A program made the position numbers and the translations under genes. Below, one piece after another: positions 1-9,755 of a DNA stretch of 64,000 bases (the first letter of the stretch is position 1; every line of letters starts with the position of its first letter). Source of the stretch: a virus (lineage: Duplodnaviria > Caudoviricetes). The stretch spans positions 173,172-237,171 of the IMG/VR virus record IMGVR_UViG_3300014205_000172; one strand, 5' to 3'. Under the pieces are notes generated by a model that made no database searches, had not been told where the DNA came from, and was given only the letters and a program-made list of their open reading frames with translations.

Positions 1-490
1 GTTCCGTAAGTACTGCTGCAATCAGGTCCGTGACGATATCATCAAACCCATTCTGGATGCCGAAGACTACAGCGAGCATTTCGAATACCTCGAATCCCTC
101 TACGCTCAGTTTAAAGTCCTGGGCGAGAAGTTTGCAGAAGAAGGTCATCCCGCTATGGTTGTGGTCGGCGATGATGCATATCCCGTCCAGATCACGCTGA
201 TGAACTCAAAACAGCGGATGTTGATGTACGAAGGCCTCACCACCGAGAAGGCTAGTGAAGAAATTAAGCAAGATCGGTTCTGGGCGCTCAACAACGAATA
301 TGAACTGCAGTTGTCTGCAGGTCATTCGGTAATGAACGTTCTCGGCCTCGATCTGCTGTACTTCAAAGTACAGTTGTTTGAAAGCAAAGGCTTCTCTGGC
401 ACTATTGCCGATCTGGGCGTGCAGCGCGTTGAAGGCGCCGCTATTCACAAACCTGGACAATCATCCTACATTCAAGGGGATCGGGTATGA
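1..490 (+). CDS. hypothetical protein, 5'-truncated by the window edge
   Basis: The frame of ORF 155..490 is open from position 2; its stop overlaps the next ATG. Confidence 0.7.
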   Translation, partial: FRKYCCNQVRDDIIKPILDAEDYSEHFEYLESLYAQFKVLGEKFAEEGHPAMVVVGDDAYPVQITLMNSKQRMLMYEGLTTEKASEEIKQDRFWALNNEYELQLSAGHSVMNVLGLDLLYFKVQLFESKGFSGTIADLGVQRVEGAAIHKPGQSSYIQGDRV

Positions 491-897
491 GCAACGAAGC
501 TGAAGAATCATTGTCTCTGACTCTGGAACAGGAGCTGAAACTCATCAGCCATGCCTACGCCGGCACTAGCGATATCGAAGCCAAAGAAGAACTGGAAGAG
601 ATGCGCGACTTGATCAAGCACTCCCCTCCCGATGATCCTGCGCGTAAACGTGCAGAACGTAACCTTCCGAAGCTGGAAGAGTACATCGATCTCTACAACC
701 GGCGTGCGGTTTACGGCGTAGCTCAGGTGATCGACTTACCTAAGCTTCAAACCATCAGTCGCGCCGAGCGGGGTTCTTTGACAGACCGAAAACCACACAT
801 CACTGTCATCAATGAAGTGCATTTCCATGACCTTGCACCGGGTAGTAAAGAGCCAGTCAGCGATGTCTTCAAAGCATTCTTTGAGGGTAAGAAATGA
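487..897 (+). CDS. hypothetical protein
   Basis: 136 aa ORF with ATGA coupling at both ends. Confidence 0.75.
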   Translation: MSNEAEESLSLTLEQELKLISHAYAGTSDIEAKEELEEMRDLIKHSPPDDPARKRAERNLPKLEEYIDLYNRRAVYGVAQVIDLPKLQTISRAERGSLTDRKPHITVINEVHFHDLAPGSKEPVSDVFKAFFEGKK

Positions 898-1571
898 GTA
901 TCATCCACAAAGATAAACCTTATTGCGTGGTAGTGTTGACCCACCGCGCTACGGGTCTGTTTCATCTGGTGCTCACCACACTGACCCCGTCCGCGTATGA
1001 CGTGTCGTCCATGATTGCGTATATGAACGACTTCGCCAAGCGTACTCACCGCATCAACAACTACGCCCTGCGTGAGTTTCTCAACACCTATGCGCCTGTA
1101 AGTGCCGGTGACTTCGATCAGCGGTTTCTGTGCCATGACGTGACGCATGAGGTGGCCAAAGCAATAGCGATCACTACAGCGCACGCTATGGGCGCTGGTA
1201 AGCTGTTGACTGCTCACACGGTAAAGCCTGCGGCATGGGAGCTGAATCTCATGGCCAAGATGCGGATGCAGAAAGATCTTCCAAGTCCTTATACGAAGCC
1301 TGTAACGAACCAGCCCGTATATAGTCCAACGTTGACATCCGCTGAAACATCGCCCATCACCAAGGCTCAGTACGACTACATGTGCCAGCATGTCTGCAAC
1401 GGTATAAAGCCTCTGCAGTTGGATGAAGAACTCAAGCTTCATCAGAGCACCGTTGATACCTGTGATCCTCAGTTGCCGGCGTGGGCATGGGCGAAGAACC
1501 GTATTGATGAAATCCGCGAGTACGGTTCTTTGTACCTTGCGTATGTGACGTACGGTAAATATCTTTTTTAA
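894..1571 (+). CDS. hypothetical protein with a degenerate GIY-YIG-like N-terminal domain
   Basis: YCVVVLTHRATGLFHL...AKAIA...MGAGKLLTAHTV aligns by eye with the C-terminal half of 18064..18762. Confidence 0.55.
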   Translation: MSIIHKDKPYCVVVLTHRATGLFHLVLTTLTPSAYDVSSMIAYMNDFAKRTHRINNYALREFLNTYAPVSAGDFDQRFLCHDVTHEVAKAIAITTAHAMGAGKLLTAHTVKPAAWELNLMAKMRMQKDLPSPYTKPVTNQPVYSPTLTSAETSPITKAQYDYMCQHVCNGIKPLQLDEELKLHQSTVDTCDPQLPAWAWAKNRIDEIREYGSLYLAYVTYGKYLF

Positions 1572-1588
1572 TTAGGGGTAATTATTAG

Positions 1589-2107
1589 ATGAAATATCCT
1601 GATGGCGATCCAAATCTGGATTTGACTGATCTTCGTATCGACGACCCGTTGTTGACCGGCGTGGTGTTGGATTGGGCGCTTGCAAAAGCAACGGAAGGCT
1701 TACCGATCTTTAACATGCACGATGGTACCTATCCCGGCAATAATGCAAAGCTGATTTACTGCTCGGAACAGCGTGCCGTCATTGTCGATCTGGAATGGAA
1801 ACTCTGGCACGAGGGTCCTGACTCAAGGATTAATGGCCGCTGGGAACCTACCCGAAACTGGGCACAGCTTGGCCCGTATCTCAACAAATACAAAATCTCC
1901 ACAAGCTACGGGAGCGCTGCAGGGTCATTAAACATGGCCTCCATTAAGGGTCTTTCACCAACGAAAGGCTGTGAACGGATGGAGGACGCAATAGCTCTGA
2001 CAGTTGTTTATCACGCCTTCGGTAAAGAAATCCGCGTACCAACAAAACTTCTGGAGATCCAAAAGATGCTCACAGAAGACAATATAAAATACATCCTGAC
2101 ATCGTAA
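1589..2107 (+). CDS. NinX/DUF2591-like phage protein
   Basis: LTGVVLDWALAKA...WEPTRNWAQLGPYL matches the family pattern L.G..LDWAVA...P.T.W...GP.I. Confidence 0.65.
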   Translation: MKYPDGDPNLDLTDLRIDDPLLTGVVLDWALAKATEGLPIFNMHDGTYPGNNAKLIYCSEQRAVIVDLEWKLWHEGPDSRINGRWEPTRNWAQLGPYLNKYKISTSYGSAAGSLNMASIKGLSPTKGCERMEDAIALTVVYHAFGKEIRVPTKLLEIQKMLTEDNIKYILTS

Positions 2108-2118
2108 GGGGTTTAACC

Positions 2119-2856
2119 ATGCTCGAACAAATCTGCATTTATAAGTGGGAAGATCTGCTGGCTTGGATCACTTCGGTCGAACACAATTTCTGCAGCCAGG
2201 TCACCGGCAAGTTTACCACAACTGTGAAAGTCGGCGCCATGTGGCAGCACCATACCGTCGAACTGCAAGTCACCGATGATCTCCAGGCCGTCATGGACAA
2301 CATGACCAAGATCGTCACCAAAATAATGCATGCGAAGATGGTGATCGGCAGTTTGTTCATCTCACTACCGGAACAAGGCAAGGTCCTGGTAATCGCTAAC
2401 CCTGAACAGATGGCTGAAGAAGAAGCCCGCGTGAACAGCACGACGTTCCGTTTTGTTAAACACCTTCCTGCATATGTTGAGGCTGATTGCCAAAACGTTA
2501 CAGCCACCTCGAAAGAGGCTTTGCTTGACTTCGGTTTTGTTCGCCGTTTCTCCGAACGCCCTGGGTTCCACCAGTTTGCGGCCAGCGGGTTTGAAACAGA
2601 TCCGAAGACCGGTAAGTTATACATTACCCTGGTGGCTGAGCTTGATGAAGGCTACGAGTGGTTCGTGGTGGGTTACGTCTACGCTGACCTTGAAATGCTG
2701 ACCAGTCTTGATTTCCCGCTGTGGGTACCCAAGTACCGTGAAGCAGAAGCTCGTCAGAACGAAACCATGAACTACAAGCAACCTGTGCCATTGAGCGCTC
2801 TGATTGCTAGTGGTGTGGTCAGCGTTACCCAGGGTCCCAAAGTGGCGGACGATTAA
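2119..2856 (+). CDS. hypothetical protein
   Basis: 245 aa ORF, SD AAGGGG, abuts the next gene. Confidence 0.75.
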   Translation: MLEQICIYKWEDLLAWITSVEHNFCSQVTGKFTTTVKVGAMWQHHTVELQVTDDLQAVMDNMTKIVTKIMHAKMVIGSLFISLPEQGKVLVIANPEQMAEEEARVNSTTFRFVKHLPAYVEADCQNVTATSKEALLDFGFVRRFSERPGFHQFAASGFETDPKTGKLYITLVAELDEGYEWFVVGYVYADLEMLTSLDFPLWVPKYREAEARQNETMNYKQPVPLSALIASGVVSVTQGPKVADD

Positions 2857-3225
2857 ATGACTGAAGTTCTGATCAACGGCGTGCGGTTCGTACCGGCGCC
2901 GATTGTTTGCGAGAATCCAGAGCTGCTCGATTTCGAATGGGACTTCCGCGATGTAGGCAAGGCGCGCATCCGCGATTTCCTTTGTCAGCTTCTGCTGACT
3001 CTTTGGGAAAAGGGCGAAAGGTTCGACGGCAAATGGCCATGGGGTAATAGCGGCTGGCAGTGGGATTTCTACGAAGCCCTTGTTGCCGCTAAAGCTGTCG
3101 AGGGCGACATTGACGTCAACGCATTTGGCTGGGAAAAGGGCGATGGTAATCGCGAGAAGGCTTTCGATATCACGATGGGCCTGATCACCGCCATGTGTTC
3201 AACTCCTGCTGACGGTAAGTCCTAG
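2857..3225 (+). CDS. hypothetical protein, paralog of 3234..3560
   Basis: Shares ELLD.EW.F...IR..L..LL..LW.....FD.K.P.G.S.W....Y.AL..AKA..G. Confidence 0.8.
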   Translation: MTEVLINGVRFVPAPIVCENPELLDFEWDFRDVGKARIRDFLCQLLLTLWEKGERFDGKWPWGNSGWQWDFYEALVAAKAVEGDIDVNAFGWEKGDGNREKAFDITMGLITAMCSTPADGKS

Positions 3226-3233
3226 GGGTCGCT

Positions 3234-3560
3234 ATGGCAACTGAGCTAACTCACGACGAACTGCTTGATCTTGAATGGCAGTTCGAAAAAGGCGGTCCTA
3301 AATCGTCCATCCGCAATTACCTTCAAAGCTTGTTGATTCATCTTTGGCAAGCTAAGTCAAACTTTGACAGCAAACGCCCATTTGGTAAATCCTCTTGGGA
3401 GTTTCAACTGTACGCTGCACTGATTGGCGCGAAGGCGATCGCTGGGACTGTTGATAGCGACGGGCTTGTTGAAACGATATTTACTGAGGACTTAGCTAAG
3501 GCTGATGAGTTGATCGAACAGCTTATCATCACCATGTGTAAATCCTCTGGTAACCAATAG
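3234..3560 (+). CDS. hypothetical protein, paralog of 2857..3225
   Basis: Same motif string as the upstream gene. Confidence 0.8.
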   Translation: MATELTHDELLDLEWQFEKGGPKSSIRNYLQSLLIHLWQAKSNFDSKRPFGKSSWEFQLYAALIGAKAIAGTVDSDGLVETIFTEDLAKADELIEQLIITMCKSSGNQ

Positions 3561-3569
3561 GGGCTACTA

Positions 3570-4022
3570 ATGGGCGGTCGTGATCCAAATAAAAAACCAA
3601 CGTCGAAAGACTTCTTGGGTGATCCAACCCGGATGATGGAAGCTGACTTTCGATGTGGCTACAGGGGTAAGGTCCGACGGGAATACGAGATGTTCCTTGA
3701 TACAGACGGTTCGCGCAGTAAGTTTGTTGCGTATCGGGCTGTCCATGGCGGCATGATCGTGTGTCACACAATTCACCACCTGCGTCACCCAGATACAAAC
3801 ATTCGAATGATCGTGTGGTATTTACGCCGCGCTAAGTCCACGCCTGTACCACTCGTGGTTTGGGCGGGTAATGCGAAGGTCGAATTTCCAGAAGGTTCTC
3901 GCGATCCCGCCATGATCGAGATGACACCTAACCTCATGCAACGTCGCTACATGACAACGGGCGTGTGGCAGAAACCTCGCATCAAGCGCCCCTTCAGTTT
4001 CCCGCAGCCAATCGATCGCTAG
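3570..4022 (+). CDS. hypothetical basic protein
   Basis: 150 aa ORF with SD AGGGG. Confidence 0.7.
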   Translation: MGGRDPNKKPTSKDFLGDPTRMMEADFRCGYRGKVRREYEMFLDTDGSRSKFVAYRAVHGGMIVCHTIHHLRHPDTNIRMIVWYLRRAKSTPVPLVVWAGNAKVEFPEGSRDPAMIEMTPNLMQRRYMTTGVWQKPRIKRPFSFPQPIDR

Positions 4023-4030
4023 GAGGGTTT

Positions 4031-4261
4031 ATGACCATCGGTTCCCATCTCGACACAATGGAGCTTTGGAAACGAAAGCGTGCTCAAACGGCTGGCGTTA
4101 CTTTACTTAAACCTGAGTCCGTTCCCAACTACTCCGCCTACAACGCTGCAGTGGTTGAGTTAGACGCTCGTATTGAAGCAATGCGTCAGCTGCCGGAACC
4201 GCCAACTTCATTGTTGGAAGGTCTCCTGCTGCTTGGCGTTCCCGTAACCATTAAACAATAA
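4031..4261 (+). CDS. hypothetical protein
   Basis: AGGAGG SD before ATG 4031. Confidence 0.7.
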   Translation: MTIGSHLDTMELWKRKRAQTAGVTLLKPESVPNYSAYNAAVVELDARIEAMRQLPEPPTSLLEGLLLLGVPVTIKQ

Positions 4262-4289
4262 CCCGCAATACCCACTAGGAAGTAAGACG

Positions 4290-5186
4290 ATGAAGAAAAT
4301 GTTCTACGCTGTCCTGGCCTTGATGGCCATCTCGTTCGGGGTACTTGCCTCTGAACCAAAAGAGCTGAAGTTCTGCACCGGCGCTGCTGAAGGTTACTAC
4401 AGCCAAATCGGCCAGGTTGTTGGTACCGAGATCCAGTCCAACTCCAAAGGTCTGGTGGTGGTCAAGTTCGTCAACACCAAAGGTTCCGTCGATTCCGCCA
4501 CTCGCCTGAAGTCCGGCGAGTGCGATATTGCGATCCTGCAAAACGATGCGGTAACCTCGCGTCCGATGCCGACTGACATCTCCACTACCGATGCTCACCA
4601 GGAAGCGATCTATTGGATTCATGGCAAGAACAGCAAGGTCAAAGACTTTGCCGACCTGTCTGATAGCGACTACAAGAACATGGGCGTTGCCATTGTTGAC
4701 GGCTCCGGCGCTGAAGTCACCCTGCGTAACTTCGGCAATATCGACAAAGATTACAAAGATCTGAACATCGTCGGGTTCAAGAACTGGCGCTGGGCCGTCA
4801 AGGCTACTGCTGAAGGCAAGATCCGTAAGGGTGGTATTGACATCCCTATCGCTGGTCTGATCTACGTTGGCCGTCAAGGCAAGATCTCTGGCGAAATTAC
4901 CGGTGAATTCAAAGAAGACCTGCGCATCGGCGAGATCGATGTCAGTGCTTTCAAGAAGGTTAAGGACTCGAACAGCAATCCGCTGTACGAGACCTGCGAG
5001 GTTCTCTCGACCAACGGTATCGAAACCTCTACCACACTGAGGCCGGACACCTATTGCCTGCGCGCTCAGTTCGTGTATAACAACGCGTTCTTCGAAGGCA
5101 TGGACGAAAACGATGCTGAGCTTCTTCAGACCGTCGTCGACAAGGCCATCGTGCGTAACGTGCGTCAGGCACAAGCGGTTAAGTAA
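4290..5186 (+). CDS. TAXI-family TRAP solute-binding-like protein with signal peptide
   Basis: Sec signal MKKMFYAVLALMAISFGVLA; motifs CTGAAEGYYSQIG, NTKGSVDS, ECDIAILQND, GSGAEVT. Confidence 0.8.
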   Translation: MKKMFYAVLALMAISFGVLASEPKELKFCTGAAEGYYSQIGQVVGTEIQSNSKGLVVVKFVNTKGSVDSATRLKSGECDIAILQNDAVTSRPMPTDISTTDAHQEAIYWIHGKNSKVKDFADLSDSDYKNMGVAIVDGSGAEVTLRNFGNIDKDYKDLNIVGFKNWRWAVKATAEGKIRKGGIDIPIAGLIYVGRQGKISGEITGEFKEDLRIGEIDVSAFKKVKDSNSNPLYETCEVLSTNGIETSTTLRPDTYCLRAQFVYNNAFFEGMDENDAELLQTVVDKAIVRNVRQAQAVK

Positions 5187-5390
5187 GTGAGCGTCACCGA
5201 AATACTCCAGACCTATCGCCGGTTGGTTAAACCTACCATGCTTGAGTATGCATCCTTGTCGAAACTGGCCAGGGATGTTTACAGCGAGGGTGGTGTCGTA
5301 CAACTGACTCATGATAGCGCCGGTGGTGTGAAGTTGGAAATCATTGCGCCTAAAAGACGCAGGGTATCTAAAGCTACGTCCGCCGAGTAA
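5187..5390 (+). CDS. hypothetical protein
   Basis: GTG directly after the upstream stop; followed by a terminator. Confidence 0.55.
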   Translation: MSVTEILQTYRRLVKPTMLEYASLSKLARDVYSEGGVVQLTHDSAGGVKLEIIAPKRRRVSKATSAE

Positions 5391-5398
5391 CTGTACGA

Positions 5399-5440
5399 CA
5401 TATAGCCGGGGCATTGCCCCGGCTATATGCTTTCTTTTTT
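5399..5440 (+). terminator. intrinsic terminator
   Basis: CATATAGCCGGGGC-ATT-GCCCCGGCTATATG followed by CTTTCTTTTTT. Confidence 0.85.
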
Positions 5441-5458
5441 ACACAACTAGGTTTATTT

Positions 5459-5860
5459 ATGAACAACTTCAATGCAAACGAGATTGCCCTGATTGAGCGC
5501 TTTCGCAAACAACTGAACGACCTTAACACTACCAGTGAAGCGCAACATGTCCTGATTAAAGAAAAGAAAGAGGATGCGGGTACTTCCATCAACCTTATGG
5601 TCCCTGTAAAAGTACCGGATCATTTCCTTAAGGAAGACGCGGATGCCGCGTTCCCGGACATTTACTTGTCTTACGATGAGGGTATTCATGAAATGTCTGA
5701 AATGTTACCGATCGGCTATTCGTTGAGAACGCTTTCTGAACTGATGAAGATGATTGAAGATGTGGCTGGAGTAAAGCCACTGTTTATCAGACCGTCGTCG
5801 TCACCCACATCTCTGTTTATCTCAACTCCTCAAGTTCTTCTATTAATGGTGCTCGAATGA
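5459..5860 (+). CDS. hypothetical protein
   Basis: Start moved to ATG 5459, downstream of the terminator. Confidence 0.65.
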   Translation: MNNFNANEIALIERFRKQLNDLNTTSEAQHVLIKEKKEDAGTSINLMVPVKVPDHFLKEDADAAFPDIYLSYDEGIHEMSEMLPIGYSLRTLSELMKMIEDVAGVKPLFIRPSSSPTSLFISTPQVLLLMVLE

Positions 5861-6207
5861 ACAAAGAATTTGATCTGCACAGTAACCGTGGAGAATCATG
5901 GAATGGTTTTCCCACGTTGGAAATCCACAGCCACTCAAAAGGCCCACTTGCGGTTCTTGTCGATGGTAACGAACCCCACTTGATGATGAGCATTGTTAGC
6001 GTAGTTGACCACATCACAGAACCTCGTGATGTAGACGATTATTCGGTTGAGTCAACAGGTGATCTGAATAGTCAGATCAACCCTGTGTGGGATCTAGTTT
6101 GGACCCTCAGATCAGGTGAAAAAATTACACTAGGTCAGGTAACCACAGAAGTTGGCGCTAACAACCTTCTGACCTATTTGAAGGAAGTGGCTAGCAATGA
6201 GAACTAA
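5857..6207 (+). CDS. hypothetical protein
   Basis: ATGA-coupled ORF. Confidence 0.7.
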   Translation: MNKEFDLHSNRGESWNGFPTLEIHSHSKGPLAVLVDGNEPHLMMSIVSVVDHITEPRDVDDYSVESTGDLNSQINPVWDLVWTLRSGEKITLGQVTTEVGANNLLTYLKEVASNEN

Positions 6208-6502
6208 GATCAACTGGCCGGATACAACCTACGCGATGTCTGGCATGGATACGTTTTGCGGCGGACCTTCCCATGAGGATCGCACTGCCAACAGCTACTA
6301 TCGTGAAGTCAAACCGATGGTGGAACGTATTGTCCACAACCTCGAACAGGAGATCGATCTCCTCAACGCTGAGCTCAATCGTTTAAAGGAAGAGCTAAAA
6401 TCTACAAAACCACGCGTTAAGTATAATCAAGGTTCTGGCGTGTGGGAATTAGTCCAAGCCCAATGTGGTTGGAAACCCGACATGACTAAAGAAGAGGTTT
6501 AG
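6197..6502 (+). CDS. hypothetical coiled-coil protein
   Basis: Heptads LEQEIDLLNAELNRLKEEL. Confidence 0.7.
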   Translation: MRTKINWPDTTYAMSGMDTFCGGPSHEDRTANSYYREVKPMVERIVHNLEQEIDLLNAELNRLKEELKSTKPRVKYNQGSGVWELVQAQCGWKPDMTKEEV

Positions 6503-7225
6503 ATGACAGGTCAGATTAAAGTAGGTGTCGCTATTCTCATCCGCCGCGAATCCTGCGCCGACGATACTATCCTGGCAGGTATACGTCAAGGCAGTCATGG
6601 CGCTAACACATGGTGCCCTCCAGGTGGTGGGTTGGAATACGGTGAAAGCGTAGAAGCTTGCGCGCGGCGCGAAGTGCTCGAAGAAACAGGGATGACTCTA
6701 TTATCAGTTTCTCTACCATTTGCGGCTACTGACGACATCGTTGATGGTACCCAGTGGATTACGCTATGGGTCAAGGCTACTGTTGCCGATGATGCAATGC
6801 CTAAGCTGATGGAGCCAGACAAATGCAGTGTGTGGGATTGGCATTGTTTGTTCCAAGTTCCAACACCTCACTTCAGACCGTTTACACTCCTGTTGAAACA
6901 AATCATGGCAGGCGATAATTACGCTCACCAAATTATCACAATTCCGGCAGTGACTGACGATATAAAGCCAGGCGAATACGTATTTGCTAGTCGTTATAGC
7001 GATGCGGACCCTGGCGATCCTTGGTGTGTTGGATACGTTACAGACGTACGCGTTAAAGCAGGGTACCTTATAATCGGCGAGTATAGCACACGCGGCTGGC
7101 GACACGCTCGGAGGATCACAGCTGAACAAGGTCAGCGGATTCTTGAACGGTACCCAGCTATGGAAAATGGCCCCTCCCTCCCTTATCACAACATCGCCAA
7201 AGTCTTTGGTATCGAAGGAATTTAA
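6503..7225 (+). CDS. Nudix hydrolase (NUDT15/MutT-like) with an extra C-terminal domain
   Basis: Nudix box GGGLEYGESVEACARREVLEETG; MEPDKC..W.W motif typical of NUDT15-like enzymes. Confidence 0.9.
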   Translation: MTGQIKVGVAILIRRESCADDTILAGIRQGSHGANTWCPPGGGLEYGESVEACARREVLEETGMTLLSVSLPFAATDDIVDGTQWITLWVKATVADDAMPKLMEPDKCSVWDWHCLFQVPTPHFRPFTLLLKQIMAGDNYAHQIITIPAVTDDIKPGEYVFASRYSDADPGDPWCVGYVTDVRVKAGYLIIGEYSTRGWRHARRITAEQGQRILERYPAMENGPSLPYHNIAKVFGIEGI

Positions 7226-7227
7226 CC

Positions 7228-7788
7228 ATGCGTAAGAAAAAGATCTACCTCGGTCAAGTCACAGCACCTACCAGCTATCTTGTAAAGGGTTTTCTGGCCG
7301 GTAACTTGTTGTCTATCGAAAAGACCCTTTACAAAAAACTTGGGCGTGAAAACGTTCCACTGGTCAGTAACCTATTTGACGTATTGTCAAATTATTTTAT
7401 CCCGCGAAATCCCGCGCTTGGTTTTAATGAAATTGACCCGAAGCTACTCCTTGACCTGGTCAATGATACTGCCATGACGAACTTCTCTTTATCCGAGGTG
7501 GAGATTTCATCGGCTACGATCAACGGATCTGGTTACCTTCTCATCAAGTCAAGCAAAACCTCGACCTTTCGCGGCGTTTCAATTTTGACGTTCGACGCGG
7601 AGACCGATTTGCTAAAATTGAAAGATCATCAGTACACCACCCCTGAGTCTGAAGAGTGGGCATATTACGAGGGTGGCAAGGCCGAGCGTAAAACAAAGAG
7701 TCGCGTTAAAGAACGTGCTCGTGAACGTGAGGTCATGTACCTGCGTTGGAAATCAAGCTCGCACTTTCTCTCCGCGCTTACACACTAA
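7228..7788 (+). CDS. hypothetical protein
   Basis: 186 aa ORF with SD AAGGA. Confidence 0.7.
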   Translation: MRKKKIYLGQVTAPTSYLVKGFLAGNLLSIEKTLYKKLGRENVPLVSNLFDVLSNYFIPRNPALGFNEIDPKLLLDLVNDTAMTNFSLSEVEISSATINGSGYLLIKSSKTSTFRGVSILTFDAETDLLKLKDHQYTTPESEEWAYYEGGKAERKTKSRVKERAREREVMYLRWKSSSHFLSALTH

Positions 7789-7939
7789 GGAGTTTAACAA
7801 TGACCTCTTGCACTGTGGCCATCCACGCACCTAAGGAACGCAACAAGCTGGATTATTCCCTGGCGGACCGGGGTTCCAAGGTCACCCACTTGATCCAGGC
7901 CAATACGCCATGGTACGATTAAACTCTTAAGGACGGCAC

Positions 7940-8212
7940 ATGCCGAAATACCAGCCTGATGATGTCGTGTACGCCGTCCGGAAGATTGATGAGCCTGCAA
8001 GTGGGGATAGTCCGGGCGGAAGGCTTTGTAAGTTTGCGGATAAGTTAATCGTCCGCAGAGAGTCGATGCTTGACGGTAAACACGCTTATTCCGTGAGTCA
8101 TGAAGGTAGAACAGACGGCAAGACGTTCGCTGTACATCCTCACGAAATTAGCTACATGAAACCCTTCATTCATAATGACCCCGATCATTACGTCTATACC
8201 TGGAAGAGATAA
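7940..8212 (+). CDS. hypothetical protein
   Basis: SD AAGGA; 90 aa. Confidence 0.7.
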   Translation: MPKYQPDDVVYAVRKIDEPASGDSPGGRLCKFADKLIVRRESMLDGKHAYSVSHEGRTDGKTFAVHPHEISYMKPFIHNDPDHYVYTWKR

Positions 8213-8214
8213 AC

Positions 8215-8634
8215 ATGCCAATCAATAAAGATGAACAACTCCAAGTGCTCGCTGATCTATGCGGCGTTGACCTGAGTAAGACTAGTGTTATCCCAGTCAC
8301 TAATCATGAAGAATGGCAACAAGGTTACGATGCCGTTTTCAAGACCGAAGATGGCAGCATTTACAAACCTTATCGGATGGTCAGCCTACCGGCCTTGTTT
8401 CGGAACATCTCACCCATCGTTGAAGTCAAAGGTCAGTTCGACACAAAGGCGGCGCTAGCCGAGTTGGAGCGCATGTACGGCGTGAAGTTCACCACGAATG
8501 ACGTAACCATTCAATTCATTGAAGGGCGGCGTATCGAGCCTGGCCACAGCTATGATGCACACATCCTGAGCAAGGTGAGTTCGCAAGTCTACAAAGGCTG
8601 TGCGACGCTTCGACTCTACAACCCAAAGGCGTAA
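8215..8634 (+). CDS. single-domain homolog of the tail/fibre paralog family at 46.7-59.1 kb
   Basis: YRMVSLPALF...LAELERMYGVKFTTNDV...SQVYKG matches the Y.RL.L...LN..YG..LT..D...SL.Y.G pattern. Confidence 0.6.
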   Translation: MPINKDEQLQVLADLCGVDLSKTSVIPVTNHEEWQQGYDAVFKTEDGSIYKPYRMVSLPALFRNISPIVEVKGQFDTKAALAELERMYGVKFTTNDVTIQFIEGRRIEPGHSYDAHILSKVSSQVYKGCATLRLYNPKA

Positions 8635-8637
8635 ACC

Positions 8638-9162
8638 ATGGAACTCACCTGGTCTGATTTAGAAGGGCGTCTGGACGAGTTTCAATACCGTACAGACATC
8701 GTTGAGAAAGGCGAGGACATGCCAAGTGATGTTTCCGTGGACTACGTGTGCGGCCATCACCTGGTTCCTCTGATCAACGTCTGCTCCAATCGTGAAGCCT
8801 ACCTCATGAACTGCTACGGCCTGGATATGCGGAGCAATAAAAAGCCTTTTCCTGAAATCGTCAATAAGGTGGATCGTTACAAGAAGATCGCTGAAACGAT
8901 GTCAATTAACGATCTTTCTGAAGCGGCCGATGACGTGATGGTTTACGGTGAAGCAGATGATCATCTGTTTGCCTTCTGGATGCACCGCTCTGATCGTTGT
9001 CAAGTGATCAAGATGACAAAGGTCGTACCTCTGGCCAAGTTCATCGAGCTGCACCTCCAGCACATCAAGGAAGCCTTCGAACACTGGAACTATACAGACA
9101 CTGACAAAGAGCCCATCATCACTCGTATATCCGGCGAGATGGGTGTCGTTAACTGGGTTTAA
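8638..9162 (+). CDS. hypothetical protein
   Basis: 174 aa ORF within the operon. Confidence 0.7.
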   Translation: MELTWSDLEGRLDEFQYRTDIVEKGEDMPSDVSVDYVCGHHLVPLINVCSNREAYLMNCYGLDMRSNKKPFPEIVNKVDRYKKIAETMSINDLSEAADDVMVYGEADDHLFAFWMHRSDRCQVIKMTKVVPLAKFIELHLQHIKEAFEHWNYTDTDKEPIITRISGEMGVVNWV

Positions 9163-9235
9163 CGTACCAGTAACAAAATACCTGCAATATCCCTAATATG
9201 CAAAACCCACACTTGACCTACAGTAAGGAAACTGC

Positions 9236-9535
9236 ATGGAGATTTTTCTCTGGTGGATTATCCCTCTGCTGGTCTGTTCATTAACCCTGTGGTCATGGAT
9301 CATTCGGGGTAGTTTGCCGGGCGCCTTTGTGCCGTCTGCCATTTACTTCCGTGTGAAACAAGTGGTTATCTCCACGGCAGGCTTCTGGGGCCTGCACGGG
9401 ATGATTTCCATCTTACTGAACACCTGGAATAGACCTTCGGAAATCAAGCTCGGTCGCGTTACCGTACGGGCACTGCATTGGGCAGTGTATCCATCACGGT
9501 CGCTAAAACATATCGCAATGCCTGAGTCGGGATAA
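9236..9535 (+). CDS. putative membrane protein
   Basis: Hydrophobic N-terminus; SD AAGGA. Confidence 0.5.
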   Translation: MEIFLWWIIPLLVCSLTLWSWIIRGSLPGAFVPSAIYFRVKQVVISTAGFWGLHGMISILLNTWNRPSEIKLGRVTVRALHWAVYPSRSLKHIAMPESG

Positions 9536-9755
9536 CCGCTCACCAGAAAGGCGCTGATCAATATCAGCGCATACTGCTTCGTGCGCATACACGTCGTAGG
9601 TTCTACCCTCCCCGATGTAAATTCCATTGACCAGTTGTGTTCCAGCGGCCTTGACGGGTTAGCTGAGTTCCGTACTGCAGGTAATGGACAGGGGAGGTAT
9701 TTCTTCTTATTTATGCTGTATATTTTCTTATTTGACACTGTAGAAGGATTGCCTC

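Noticed and set aside
4275-5414. 379 aa minus-strand ORF, and similarly 14646..15656 and other antisense ORFs
   Set aside because: They are shadows of codon-biased + strand genes and have no SD or protein motifs.
9533-9535. Stop-codon reassignment in this genome
   Set aside because: TAA, TAG and TGA all terminate well-coupled genes, and coding density is high under the standard code.
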